From the NCBI GenBank assembly GCA_050734155.1, contig JBOHUD010000023.1:15726-79725 (forward strand): DNA of 64,000 bases, written 5' to 3'. The translations under genes were made by a program, and so were the position numbers. Under the pieces are notes generated by a model. It worked only from the letters and a program-made list of their open reading frames with translations. It made no database searches and was not told the origin of the DNA. The stretch comes from Candidatus Dormibacteria bacterium. GTDB taxonomy: Bacteria; Chloroflexota; Dormibacteria; Aeolococcales; Aeolococcaceae. Below, piece by piece: positions 8,961 to 17,297 of the stretch (its first letter is position 1; each line of letters opens with the position of its first letter).

Positions 8961-9853
8961 CGGCGGCCCGCGAACGCGGCTGCGGCTCCGGCGAGCAACG
9001 TCAGCCCGGCCAGCGCGGCCGTGCGCCACATCTCCGGGAGGTCCCTGGTGGTCACCACGGGGTCAGGGGGCAGGCCGTACACCTCGGGCTCGTCGAGAAG
9101 AAGGAAGAAGGCGCCGGCCCCGCCGATGCCGTCGTCATCCCCGTCCAGGTAGAGCCGGGCGTCGGCGACGCCGTGCTCGTGCAGCGTCTCGACGCGCTCG
9201 CGAGCGCGGACGCGCAACTCGTCGAGGTCGCCGAACTGGATCGATTCGGTGGGGCACGCCTGGGCGCAAGCCGGCACCATGCCCGCTCCCAGCCGGTCGT
9301 TGCAGAGAGTGCATTTCTGCGCCACCCCCGCGTTGTGCACGGTCCCGTCGCCCTCGCGGCGCTCGATGACGCCGAACGGGCAGGCCGGCACGCAGTATCC
9401 GCAGCCGTTGCAGATGTCCGCCTGGACGACGACGGTGCCGAACTCGGTGCGCATCAGGGCGCCGGTCGGGCAGACGTCGAGGCACGCCGCCTGCGTGCAG
9501 TGCTTGCACACGTCTGACGACATCAGCCAGCGGAAGTCCTGCGGCCCGTCGGGGATCGTCGCCGCCCCCACAGCCCCGCCATCACGCACGGGGAGCATGC
9601 GTATCGGCTTGCGCTGCTCGATGAAGGCGACATGCCTCCAGGTGCTGGCTCCAAGGCCGCCGGTGTTGTCGTACGAGGAGGCGAGCATGGTCAGCCCGTC
9701 CTCGGGAACGTGGTTCCATTCCTTGCACGCCACCTCACACGCCTTGCAGCCGATGCACAGCGAGGTGTCGGTGAAGAATCCCTTGCGCGGCGGAGGATCC
9801 TGCCAGCCGGCGCCGCGAGCCGCATCGAGCGGGCCGACGAAGGTGGTGCTCAC
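8957..9853 (-). CDS. fdnH: Formate dehydrogenase beta subunit (4Fe-4S ferredoxin, FdnH/HybA-like) with C-terminal TM anchor
   Basis: Four CxxCxxCxxxCP clusters (CIGCKACEVAC, CKHCTQAACLDVCP, CNGCGYCVPACP, CTLCNDR...CAQACP). C-terminal hydrophobic helix. GTG start at 9853 overlaps the alpha-subunit stop as GTGA. Confidence 0.8.
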   Translation of the reverse strand: MSTTFVGPLDAARGAGWQDPPPRKGFFTDTSLCIGCKACEVACKEWNHVPEDGLTMLASSYDNTGGLGASTWRHVAFIEQRKPIRMLPVRDGGAVGAATIPDGPQDFRWLMSSDVCKHCTQAACLDVCPTGALMRTEFGTVVVQADICNGCGYCVPACPFGVIERREGDGTVHNAGVAQKCTLCNDRLGAGMVPACAQACPTESIQFGDLDELRVRARERVETLHEHGVADARLYLDGDDDGIGGAGAFFLLLDEPEVYGLPPDPVVTTRDLPEMWRTAALAGLTLLAGAAAAFAGRR

Positions 9854-12800
9854 GGCGATGGCTCGGCCGGGGTCACACGGAGGTTGCCGGTGTCCACTGT
9901 GACCTTGGCGCGGCGGCGGTAGCCGTCGACGAAGTCCAGCAGCGCCGCCCCGGTGGGACGGCGACCCGGCTGGATGTCGCAGGTTGCCGCTTTGGACTCC
10001 TGGATGTGCACGTTGGGATCCAGCGACACGCCCAGCAGATCGTTGGCCGAGTCGCCGCTGACCACGGCTTCGCCGCCGACTCCCCAGTGGAAGGGCAGGC
10101 CGACCTGGTGGAGGACCCGCCCCCCGACCCGCAGGGGCACCATGCGGTCCGTGACCAGCACCCGCGCCTCGATGGCGGTGCGGGCGCTGACGATGGTCGC
10201 AAAGCCCCCATTGGTGAGACCACGCTCCCGCGCCAGCTCCGGCGACACCTCGCAGAAGAACTCGGGCTGCAGCTCGGACAGGTAGGGCAGCCAGCGGCTC
10301 ATGCCGCCGGCGGTGTGGTGCTCGGTCAGCCGGTAGGTGGTGACCACGAACGGGTACACATCGCTGCGGGCATCGGGAGGTGACGGGTTGGTGAGGTTCC
10401 CCTGGCGCGGGTAGATCTCGCGGGTGGGGTTGGACTGCTGGCTGTACAGCGGGTTGCGCAGCGGCGACTCCACCGGCTCGTAGTGCGCGGGCAGCGGACC
10501 GTCGAGCAGGCCGCTGGGCGCGTACAGCCACCCCTTGCCGTCCGACTGCATGATGAAGGGGTCGTCGCCGGCGAGGCCCTCCGGACCACCCACTCCCGGT
10601 TCGGGGCGGTACGAGGGCGGCTTGGTGGCCGCGAAATCGGGCACGTCATGGCCGGTCCACCGGCCCTGCTCCTCATCCCACCACACGTACGCCTTGCGCT
10701 GGCTCCAGGGCTTGCCGTCGGGGTCCGCGGAGGCGCGGTTGTAGAGGATGCGCCGGTTCATCGGCCACGACCAGCCCCATTCCGGCGCCACCCACGACTG
10801 CTCCGAGGCGGGCTTGCGTCGCGCCGACTGATTGATCCCTGCGGTGTAGACACCGGTGTAGATCCAGCAGCCGCCGTCGGTCGACCCGTCCGCCTTCATC
10901 TCGGTGAAGGAGCTGAGCATCTGGCCGCCCTTGTCCCCGCTGAGGTGGCTGCCGTTCACCTCCCGCAGCACCGCCTCCGCATCCGGCTCGCCGGCGGTCG
11001 TGACCGGGTAGTCCCAGGTGAGGTTGCGCAGGGCCAGGTCGCGCTCCTCCTGAGATGCCGCCACCCGGGCGCGCAGGGCGCGACCGAGCTCGAAGAAGAA
11101 CTGCAGCTCGGAGCGCGCGTCCCCGGGCGGGTCGACCGCCTTGTCGTGCCACTGCAGCATCCGCTGGGTCTGAGTGAAGCTGCCCTCCTTCTCGGTGTGC
11201 GCCGCGGCCGGGAGGAAGAACACCTCGGTGGCGATGTCCTGGGTGCGCAGCTCGCCGGTGGCTATCTCGGGACCGTCCTTCCAGAACGTCGCCGACTCGA
11301 TCATGTTGAAGTCGCGCACCACCAGCCACTTGAGATGCGCCATGCCGAGCCGCTGCAGCCTGCCATTCGACGAGCCGACGGCGGGGTTCTGGCCGAGCAG
11401 GAAGTAGCCCTCGACCTTGTCGTCGAGCATGTCCATGACCGTGCGGTAGGTGCCGTGGTCACCGTTGATCCGGGGAAGCCAGTCGAAGCCGAAGTCATTG
11501 TCCTGGGTGGCCGCGTCCCCGAACCATGACTTGAGCAGGCTGACCATGTAGGCGTCGGCCGCGGTCCAGAATCCCTTCTGCTGCGGGCGCGAGATGCTCT
11601 CCAGGTAGCCGCGCAGCCCCTGCTCCTCCCCCGCCCAGGGCATCGGCAGGTAGCCGGGGAGGAGGTCGAACAGGGTGGGGATGTCGGTGGAGCCCTGGAT
11701 GCTGGCGTGCCCTCGCAGGGCCATGATGCCGCCACCGGGGCGACCCATGTTGCCGAGCAGGAGCTGGATGATCGCCGCGCAGCGGATGTACTGCACACCG
11801 ACGGAGTGCTGGGTCCAGCCCACCGAGTACACGAAGGCGGTGGTCCGCTCCCGGCCGCTGTTCTCGGTGACCGCTCTGCAGACCTGGGCGAACGCCTCGG
11901 GTGCGACACCGCAGACCTGTTCCACGAGCTCGGGCGTGTAGCGAGCATAGTGCCGCTTGAGGATCTGGAAGACGCAGCGCGGATCCTGCAGCGTCTCGTC
12001 GCGGTGCACCAGGCTGTCCTCGAGCTGAGCCCCCTTGCCGCCCAGCGCATGCCCCGGCTCGTGGACCGGCTGGCCACCGCGCTTGCCGTCGACGGCCGCG
12101 CGCTTGCGCACCCGCCGGCCGCCCACCGCTGGGGCCTCCTCCACGTCGAGGTACTGCCAGCTGCTGGAGTCGTAGGTCCCCGTGGTGTGGTCGTACCCGG
12201 AGAACAGGCCGTCGAGCTCATCGACGTCCTTGAAGTCATCACCCACCAGCGTCGCCGCGTTGGTGTAGCTCACCACGTACTCTCGGAAGTACGTCTCGGT
12301 GCTGAGGATGTGGTTGATGATCGCGCCGAGGAAGACGATGTCACTGCCGGCGCGCAGCGGCACGTGGAGATCGGCCAGCGCCGAGGTGCGGGTGAAGCGG
12401 GGATCGACGTGGATGATCGTCGCCCCCCGTGCCTTGGCCTCCATGACCCACTGGAAGCCGACGGGATGGCACTCCGCCATGTTCGATCCCTGGATGACGA
12501 TGCAGTCGGAGTTCTGCAGGTCCTGCTGGAAGGTGGTCGCGCCGCCCCTACCGAACGAGGTCCCCAGACTGGGGACAGTGGAGCTGTGTCAAATACGGGC
12601 CTGGTTCTCCACCTGCACCACTCCGGCGGCGGTGAAGAGCTTCTTGATCAGGTAGTTCTCTTCGTTGTCGAGCGTGGCTCCTCCGAGGCTGGCGACCGCC
12701 ATCGTCCGGCGCAGCGGATGCCCCATCTCGTCCGCCTCCTGCCAGGTGCGTGCGCGGCTGTCGATCAGGCGGTCGGCGATCATCTCCACGGCGCGGTGCA

Positions 12801-13158
12801 GGGGCAGGTCCTCCCAGTCGGTCGCGTGGGGCGGCCGATATCTCACCGTGGTGACCCGCCTCGGGTTGTTCACCAGCTGCTCGCTGGCCGCGCCCTTGGG
12901 GCAGAGCCGTCCCCGCGAGACGGGCGAATCCGGGTTGCCCTCGATCTGCACGACCTTCTCATCCTTCACGTACACCCGCTGGCCGCAGCCCACCGCGCAG
13001 TAGGGACAGACGCTGTGCACCACCCGGTCAGCGGTGAGGGTGCGCGGCGTCAGCGCCGCGGTCGCGCCGGATTGCACCGCCTCGCCACGGCCCAGGCCAT
13101 CCGGTCCGGTCAGCTGGCGCAGCACCGGCCAGGAGCGAAGTCTGCTGAACGCGTCCAT
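9850..13158 (-). CDS. fdnG: Formate dehydrogenase alpha subunit, selenocysteine-containing (FdnG/FdoG-like molybdopterin oxidoreductase); in-frame UGA (Sec) at 12591-12589
   Basis: ORFs 12589-13158 and 9850-12480 are one reading frame split by TGA. Translation across the TGA gives ...VENQARI-U-HSSTVPSLGTSFGRGGATTFQQDLQNSDCIVIQGSNMAECHPVGFQW, collinear with E. coli FdnG ...ENQARV-U-HGPTVASLAPTFGRGAMTNHW...AAEAHPVGFRW. The N-terminal CPYCAVGCG 4Fe-4S motif is present. selA, selB, selC and selD lie adjacent. Confidence 0.85.
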
Positions 13159-13242
13159 GGTCCGCTCTCCCGCACTCGCCGATGATCAGCTGCTCTGTCG
13201 CTTGGATTTTCTCACGCCGGTCCCCCGGCCGACCTCGACGGC

Positions 13243-13869
13243 TCAGACGGGGATCTTGAAGCCGGCCGAGAAGTTCAGGGTGACGCCGAACATGAGGTAC
13301 ATGAGCCAGAGCCCGGTGGCGATGTGGAAGAAGCCCAGCAAGCGCTCACCCAGGCCGACGGGGCCCAGCGTGAGGCTGGCCGCGATGTCGCTGAGGTAGA
13401 TCAGCGTGAGGCCAAGGAAGAGGCCGCCGACGCCGGCATCGCCGACATCGAAGAACACGATCATCCCCAGGATGGAGATGAGGGCGAACGCCACCGCCAT
13501 GAAGCCGTTCGGCTGCGGCGAGGCCCCGCGCAGCCGGTTGAACCCGATGGCAAACCAGTGCACGCCGTAGGCGGTGAAGGCGAGGGCGGCCATGTACAGG
13601 GGGTGGTCGCTGAAGGAGTGGAACCAGGCCAGACCGACGAACAGATAGGTCCCGGCCAGGAACTGCAGGAACCCGGGCATCCAGATGCCCCACACGCCGG
13701 TCGACAGGTCGACGCGCTCATTGCGGGCTGGGAACTTGAACAGCTCCTGGGGGCCGTAGATGAGGTAGCCGGTGCCCAGGCCGAAGAAGCCGAGGGCCAG
13801 GGGCGGGAACGCCGAGGTGGGGAGGCTGACGACGCTGCTGAGCAACACGGGTATCCTCCAGACAGCCAT
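13243..13869 (-). CDS. AceTr (GPR1/FUN34/YaaH, SatP-like) family membrane transporter; possibly carboxylate/formate uptake
   Basis: Six predicted TM helices. FPPLALGFFGLG and AFTAYGVHWFA resemble the SatP motifs NPAPLGLMGFG and AFTSYGSFWL. Sits between fdhD and fdnG on the same strand. Confidence 0.5.
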   Translation of the reverse strand: MAVWRIPVLLSSVVSLPTSAFPPLALGFFGLGTGYLIYGPQELFKFPARNERVDLSTGVWGIWMPGFLQFLAGTYLFVGLAWFHSFSDHPLYMAALAFTAYGVHWFAIGFNRLRGASPQPNGFMAVAFALISILGMIVFFDVGDAGVGGLFLGLTLIYLSDIAASLTLGPVGLGERLLGFFHIATGLWLMYLMFGVTLNFSAGFKIPV

Positions 13870-13953
13870 TACGTGTCATCGCGATTGTACGGCGAGCCCG
13901 GTGCCATCGGGGGAAACGGTCGCCGCACTCGCCATCACACCGAGTGCGTGCGG

Positions 13954-14799
13954 TCACCCCGCGGCCGCCTCCTCCACGCCCGCTCCGACCGCGACGACTC
14001 GCTGCTGGGCCGTGTAGACGTTCATCTGCTCGCCGCGCAGGAAGCCCACCAGCGTCATCCCGCTCTCCTCGGCGAGCTGCACGGCGAGGCTTGACGGCGC
14101 CGACACAGCGGCCAGCAGCGGGATGCCGGCCATCAGAGCCTTCTGGGTCAGCTCGAAGCTGGCTCGCCCCGACGCCAGGATGATGTGGGAGCGCAGCGGC
14201 AGCCGGCGCTGGGTCGCGGCCCAGCCGATCACCTTGTCGAACGCGTTGTGACGGCCGACATCCTCGCGCACGCAGACCAGCGTCCCACCTCCATCGAACA
14301 GTGCCGCGGCGTGCAGTCCGCCGGTGCGGGCGAACATCTTCTGAGCGCCCCGCAGCGTGCCCGGCAGCGCGGCGAGCAATGCTGGAGAGACGACCAGCGG
14401 ATCGCCCGAGACGTCGTGGCGCGAGCGCGTCCGCACCGCGTCGATGCTCGCCTTTCCGCAGACACCGCAGGACGAGGTCATGAAGAAGTTGCGCTGCCCC
14501 ACCGCCGCTGATCCCGCCGCCACCAGACGGACCTCGACGACGTTGAAGCCGCCCCCCGCATCGGCCTGGTGGGGGCACATCCGCATCGAGGCGATGTCGC
14601 CGGCGCCCTCGATGATGCCCTCGGTGACGAGGAAGCCGGCGGCGAGGTCGAAATCGGCGCCGGGGGTGCGCATGGTCACGGTGAGCGGCACACCGTCGAG
14701 CCGTATCTCCAGTGGCTCCTCGGCGCTGAGCTCGTCGGTGATCCAGCGCGCGTCGCCGGCCACGCCCACCTGTCGCACTCGCCGGCGCAGCCCCGTCAT
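13954..14799 (-). CDS. fdhD: Formate dehydrogenase accessory sulfurtransferase FdhD
   Basis: 281 aa with FdhD family motifs (SSCGVCGK catalytic Cys loop, GRHNAFDK). Lies upstream of the FDH structural genes. Confidence 0.8.
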   Translation of the reverse strand: MTGLRRRVRQVGVAGDARWITDELSAEEPLEIRLDGVPLTVTMRTPGADFDLAAGFLVTEGIIEGAGDIASMRMCPHQADAGGGFNVVEVRLVAAGSAAVGQRNFFMTSSCGVCGKASIDAVRTRSRHDVSGDPLVVSPALLAALPGTLRGAQKMFARTGGLHAAALFDGGGTLVCVREDVGRHNAFDKVIGWAATQRRLPLRSHIILASGRASFELTQKALMAGIPLLAAVSAPSSLAVQLAEESGMTLVGFLRGEQMNVYTAQQRVVAVGAGVEEAAAG

Positions 14800-14841
14800 G
14801 GTCGCGTCCGGCCCCCCACCGAGGTGATCATCGGCCGCATC

Positions 14842-15828
14842 TCAGCGGACCTCGATCGAGTGCTCGCGGCGGGGCACCAGCTCGCCGATGACCTGCGCTC
14901 TGTCGAGCTGTCCCGCGATGAGCAGGCCGCCACTGGTCTGCGCATCGGCGAGCAGCAGCCGTTCCGACTCGGCGGTGGCGGCACGCCCGCGCCACTCCAC
15001 GTGGGCGTCGACCCAGGCCAGGTTGCGACGGGTGCCGCCGCTGACGAAGCCGTCGGCAAGCGCCTCGCGGGCGCCCTCGAGGTAGGGCACCGAGTCGGCA
15101 TCGATGATCGCGGTGACGTTGCTGGCGCGGGCCAGCTTGAAGAGGTGCCCGAGCAGCCCGAACCCGGTGACGTCGGTCGCGCAGCGCACGCCCGCCGCCA
15201 CCGCCGCCTCCGACGCGTCCCGGTTGAGCCGGGTCATGGTTGCCACCGCCTCGGGAAAGACCTCGCCCGTCTGCTTGTGACGGCTGTTGAGCACCCCGAT
15301 GCCGAGCGGCTTGGTGAGCGAGAGCGGCGTACCGGCCATGCCCAGGTCGATGCGCAGGAGGCGGTCGGCGGGGGCGACGCCGCTCACCGCCATGCCGTAC
15401 TTCGGTTCAGGGTCGTCGACGCTGTGACCGCCGGCGACCGGGCAGTCGGCGGCCGTGGCCACCTCGAGACCACCGCGCAGGACCTCGGCGGCGAGCTCGA
15501 GCGGCAGCACCTCGCGCGGCCAGCAGAGCAGGTTGACGGCCAGCACCGGACGCCCGCCCATGGCGTAGATGTCGGACAGGGCGTTGGCGGCGGCGATGCG
15601 CCCCCAGTCGTACGCGTCGTCGACGACCGGGGTGAAGAAGTCGACCGTGCTCAGCAGTGCGGTGCCGCCGTCGCCGAGGCGGACCGCGGCCGCGTCGTCG
15701 CCGCCGTCCAGCCCCACCAGCAGCGAGCCATGCGGTGTCCCGACCAGCCCGGCCACGATCTGCTCCAGCTCACCGGGCGGGATCTTGCAGGCGCAACCGC
15801 CGCCGTGCGCGTAACCCGTGAGACGCAT
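14842..15828 (-). CDS. selD: Selenide, water dikinase (selenophosphate synthetase) SelD, Cys-type
   Basis: MRLTGYAHGGGCACKIPPGEL matches E. coli SelD [23 protein letters not shown]. PurM-like fold. Start at ATG 15828, checked in the sequence. Confidence 0.8.
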   Translation of the reverse strand: MRLTGYAHGGGCACKIPPGELEQIVAGLVGTPHGSLLVGLDGGDDAAAVRLGDGGTALLSTVDFFTPVVDDAYDWGRIAAANALSDIYAMGGRPVLAVNLLCWPREVLPLELAAEVLRGGLEVATAADCPVAGGHSVDDPEPKYGMAVSGVAPADRLLRIDLGMAGTPLSLTKPLGIGVLNSRHKQTGEVFPEAVATMTRLNRDASEAAVAAGVRCATDVTGFGLLGHLFKLARASNVTAIIDADSVPYLEGAREALADGFVSGGTRRNLAWVDAHVEWRGRAATAESERLLLADAQTSGGLLIAGQLDRAQVIGELVPRREHSIEVR

Positions 15829-15900
15829 CGCAGCGAGTGTTGCACAGGCGCGCGACCAGCCATCGCCGCGGCCTCCGGCCGCGCCGGTACCCTGTGCGGC

Positions 15901-15995
15901 GGAGGTGTGTGGGCGCCTGGTGGCCCTCCTGATCTTCAAAATCAGTGTGGCCGGGCATCTCGGCCAGGCGGGTTCGATTCCCGTCCGCCTCCGCC
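15901..15995 (+). tRNA. selC: tRNA-Sec (selC), anticodon TCA
   Basis: Acceptor stem ggaggtg pairs with cgcctcc, discriminator G. Anticodon arm ctgat-cTTCAaaa-atcag carries TCA. Long variable arm tggccg-ggcatct-cggcca. T arm gcggg-TTCGATT-cccgt. Length about 93 nt. Located between selD and selA (selA starts at 16014). Confidence 0.75.
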
Positions 15996-16013
15996 CGGCG
16001 AGGTGCCAGCATC

Positions 16014-17297
16014 ATGTCCGTGGACCCCCGTCGCGCCGTGCCCCCCACCGACGCCGTGCTCGCCGACCCGCGGCTGCGCGAGGTGCAGCACCGCCTCGGC
16101 CGGACGCTGGTGCTGGCCACCGTGCGCGAGGCCCAGCAGCGCGTCCGCGGCGGCGCGCTCGAGCCGGCGGCCATCATCGACGACGTGCTCCAGCACGTCC
16201 CCCCGCGAGCGGCGACCATGCGCCCGGTGCTGAACGCCACCGGGGTGGTGCTGCACACCAACCTCGGTCGGGCCGCCCTCTCCGCGGCCGCGCGCGAGGC
16301 GGTGGTCGCCGCCACCGGCTACGTCGACGTCGAGTACGACCTCCGCACCGGGGCGCGAGCGCCGCGCGGCCGCGGCGCGGTGGCGGCGCTCAGGGCTGCG
16401 CTGCCCGACGCCGGCGATGTCCACGTCGTCAACAACGGGGCCGCAGCCCTCCTGCTGGCCGTCACCGCGCTGGCGCAGGGACGCGAGGTGGTGTGGAGCC
16501 GGGGTGAGATGGTCGAGATCGGCGACGGCTTCCGCCTCCCCGAGCTGGTGGCGTCCGCCGGCGCCAGGGTGTGTGAGGTGGGCACCACCAACCGCACCGT
16601 GCGGGCCGACTACACGGCGGCGATCGGCGAGCGCGCCGGCTGCGTGCTCAGGGTGCACCCCTCCAACTTCCGCGTGACCGGCTTCACCGCGTCGGTCGGC
16701 GTGTCCGAGCTGGTCGACCTGGGCGTGCCTGTGGTGGTCGATGTGGGCTCCGGCCTGCTCACCGCCAACCCGCTGCTGCCCGACGAGCCCGACATCAGCA
16801 CCGCGCTGCGCGCCGGCGCGCACCTGGTGACCGCCAGCGGCGACAAGCTGCTCGGGGGCCCGCAGGCCGGCATCATCGCCGGTGACGCCGAGATCGTGGA
16901 CCGGCTGCGCCGCCACCCCATGGCACGGGCGCTGCGCGTGGACAAGCTCACCCTCGCTGCCCTCGAGGCGACGCTGGCAGGACCGGCGACGCCCACCGCG
17001 GCCGCGCTGCGCATCGGCACCGACGGGCTGCGGGCGCGAGCCCTGGCCATCGCCTCGCGGCTGGGCGGCGACGCCGCGGCGGTGCCCAGCGACGGAGCTG
17101 TCGGCGGCGGAAGCGCGCCCGGCGTCACCCTTTCCGGCTGGGCCGTGAGCCTGCCGGAGCGGCTGGTCGCCCCACTGCGCAGCGGCGACCCGGCAGTGGT
17201 TGGCCGCGTCGAGCGTGGCCGCTGCCTGCTCGATCTTCGCTGCATCCCTGAAGCGGACGACGCTGCGCTTGTCGGGGCGGTGCTGGCGTGCATGTGA
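16014..17297 (+). CDS. selA: L-seryl-tRNA(Sec) selenium transferase SelA
   Basis: PLP-dependent SelA family, with the GDKLLGGPQAGII Lys-containing motif. ATG 16014 chosen as start. Confidence 0.8.
   Translation: MSVDPRRAVPPTDAVLADPRLREVQHRLGRTLVLATVREAQQRVRGGALEPAAIIDDVLQHVPPRAATMRPVLNATGVVLHTNLGRAALSAAAREAVVAATGYVDVEYDLRTGARAPRGRGAVAALRAALPDAGDVHVVNNGAAALLLAVTALAQGREVVWSRGEMVEIGDGFRLPELVASAGARVCEVGTTNRTVRADYTAAIGERAGCVLRVHPSNFRVTGFTASVGVSELVDLGVPVVVDVGSGLLTANPLLPDEPDISTALRAGAHLVTASGDKLLGGPQAGIIAGDAEIVDRLRRHPMARALRVDKLTLAALEATLAGPATPTAAALRIGTDGLRARALAIASRLGGDAAAVPSDGAVGGGSAPGVTLSGWAVSLPERLVAPLRSGDPAVVGRVERGRCLLDLRCIPEADDAALVGAVLACM

Noticed and set aside
8957-10531. 5' extension of the FDH beta-subunit ORF into the alpha-subunit gene (524-aa version)
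   Set aside because: The first 227 codons overlap fdnG in another frame and are low complexity. The conserved FdnH N-terminus starts at GTG 9853, overlapping the fdnG stop as GTGA.
11707-13185. 492-aa plus-strand ORF, and several other 100-350-aa ORFs between 9953 and 12655, on the strand opposite fdnG
   Set aside because: Antisense to a gene with strong homology evidence (fdnG). Typical high-GC shadow ORFs with Arg/Ala/Gly/Pro-rich, low-complexity translations.
14569-16233. 554-aa plus-strand ORF across selD and the selC region
   Set aside because: Antisense to selD. It would also run through the tRNA-Sec gene.
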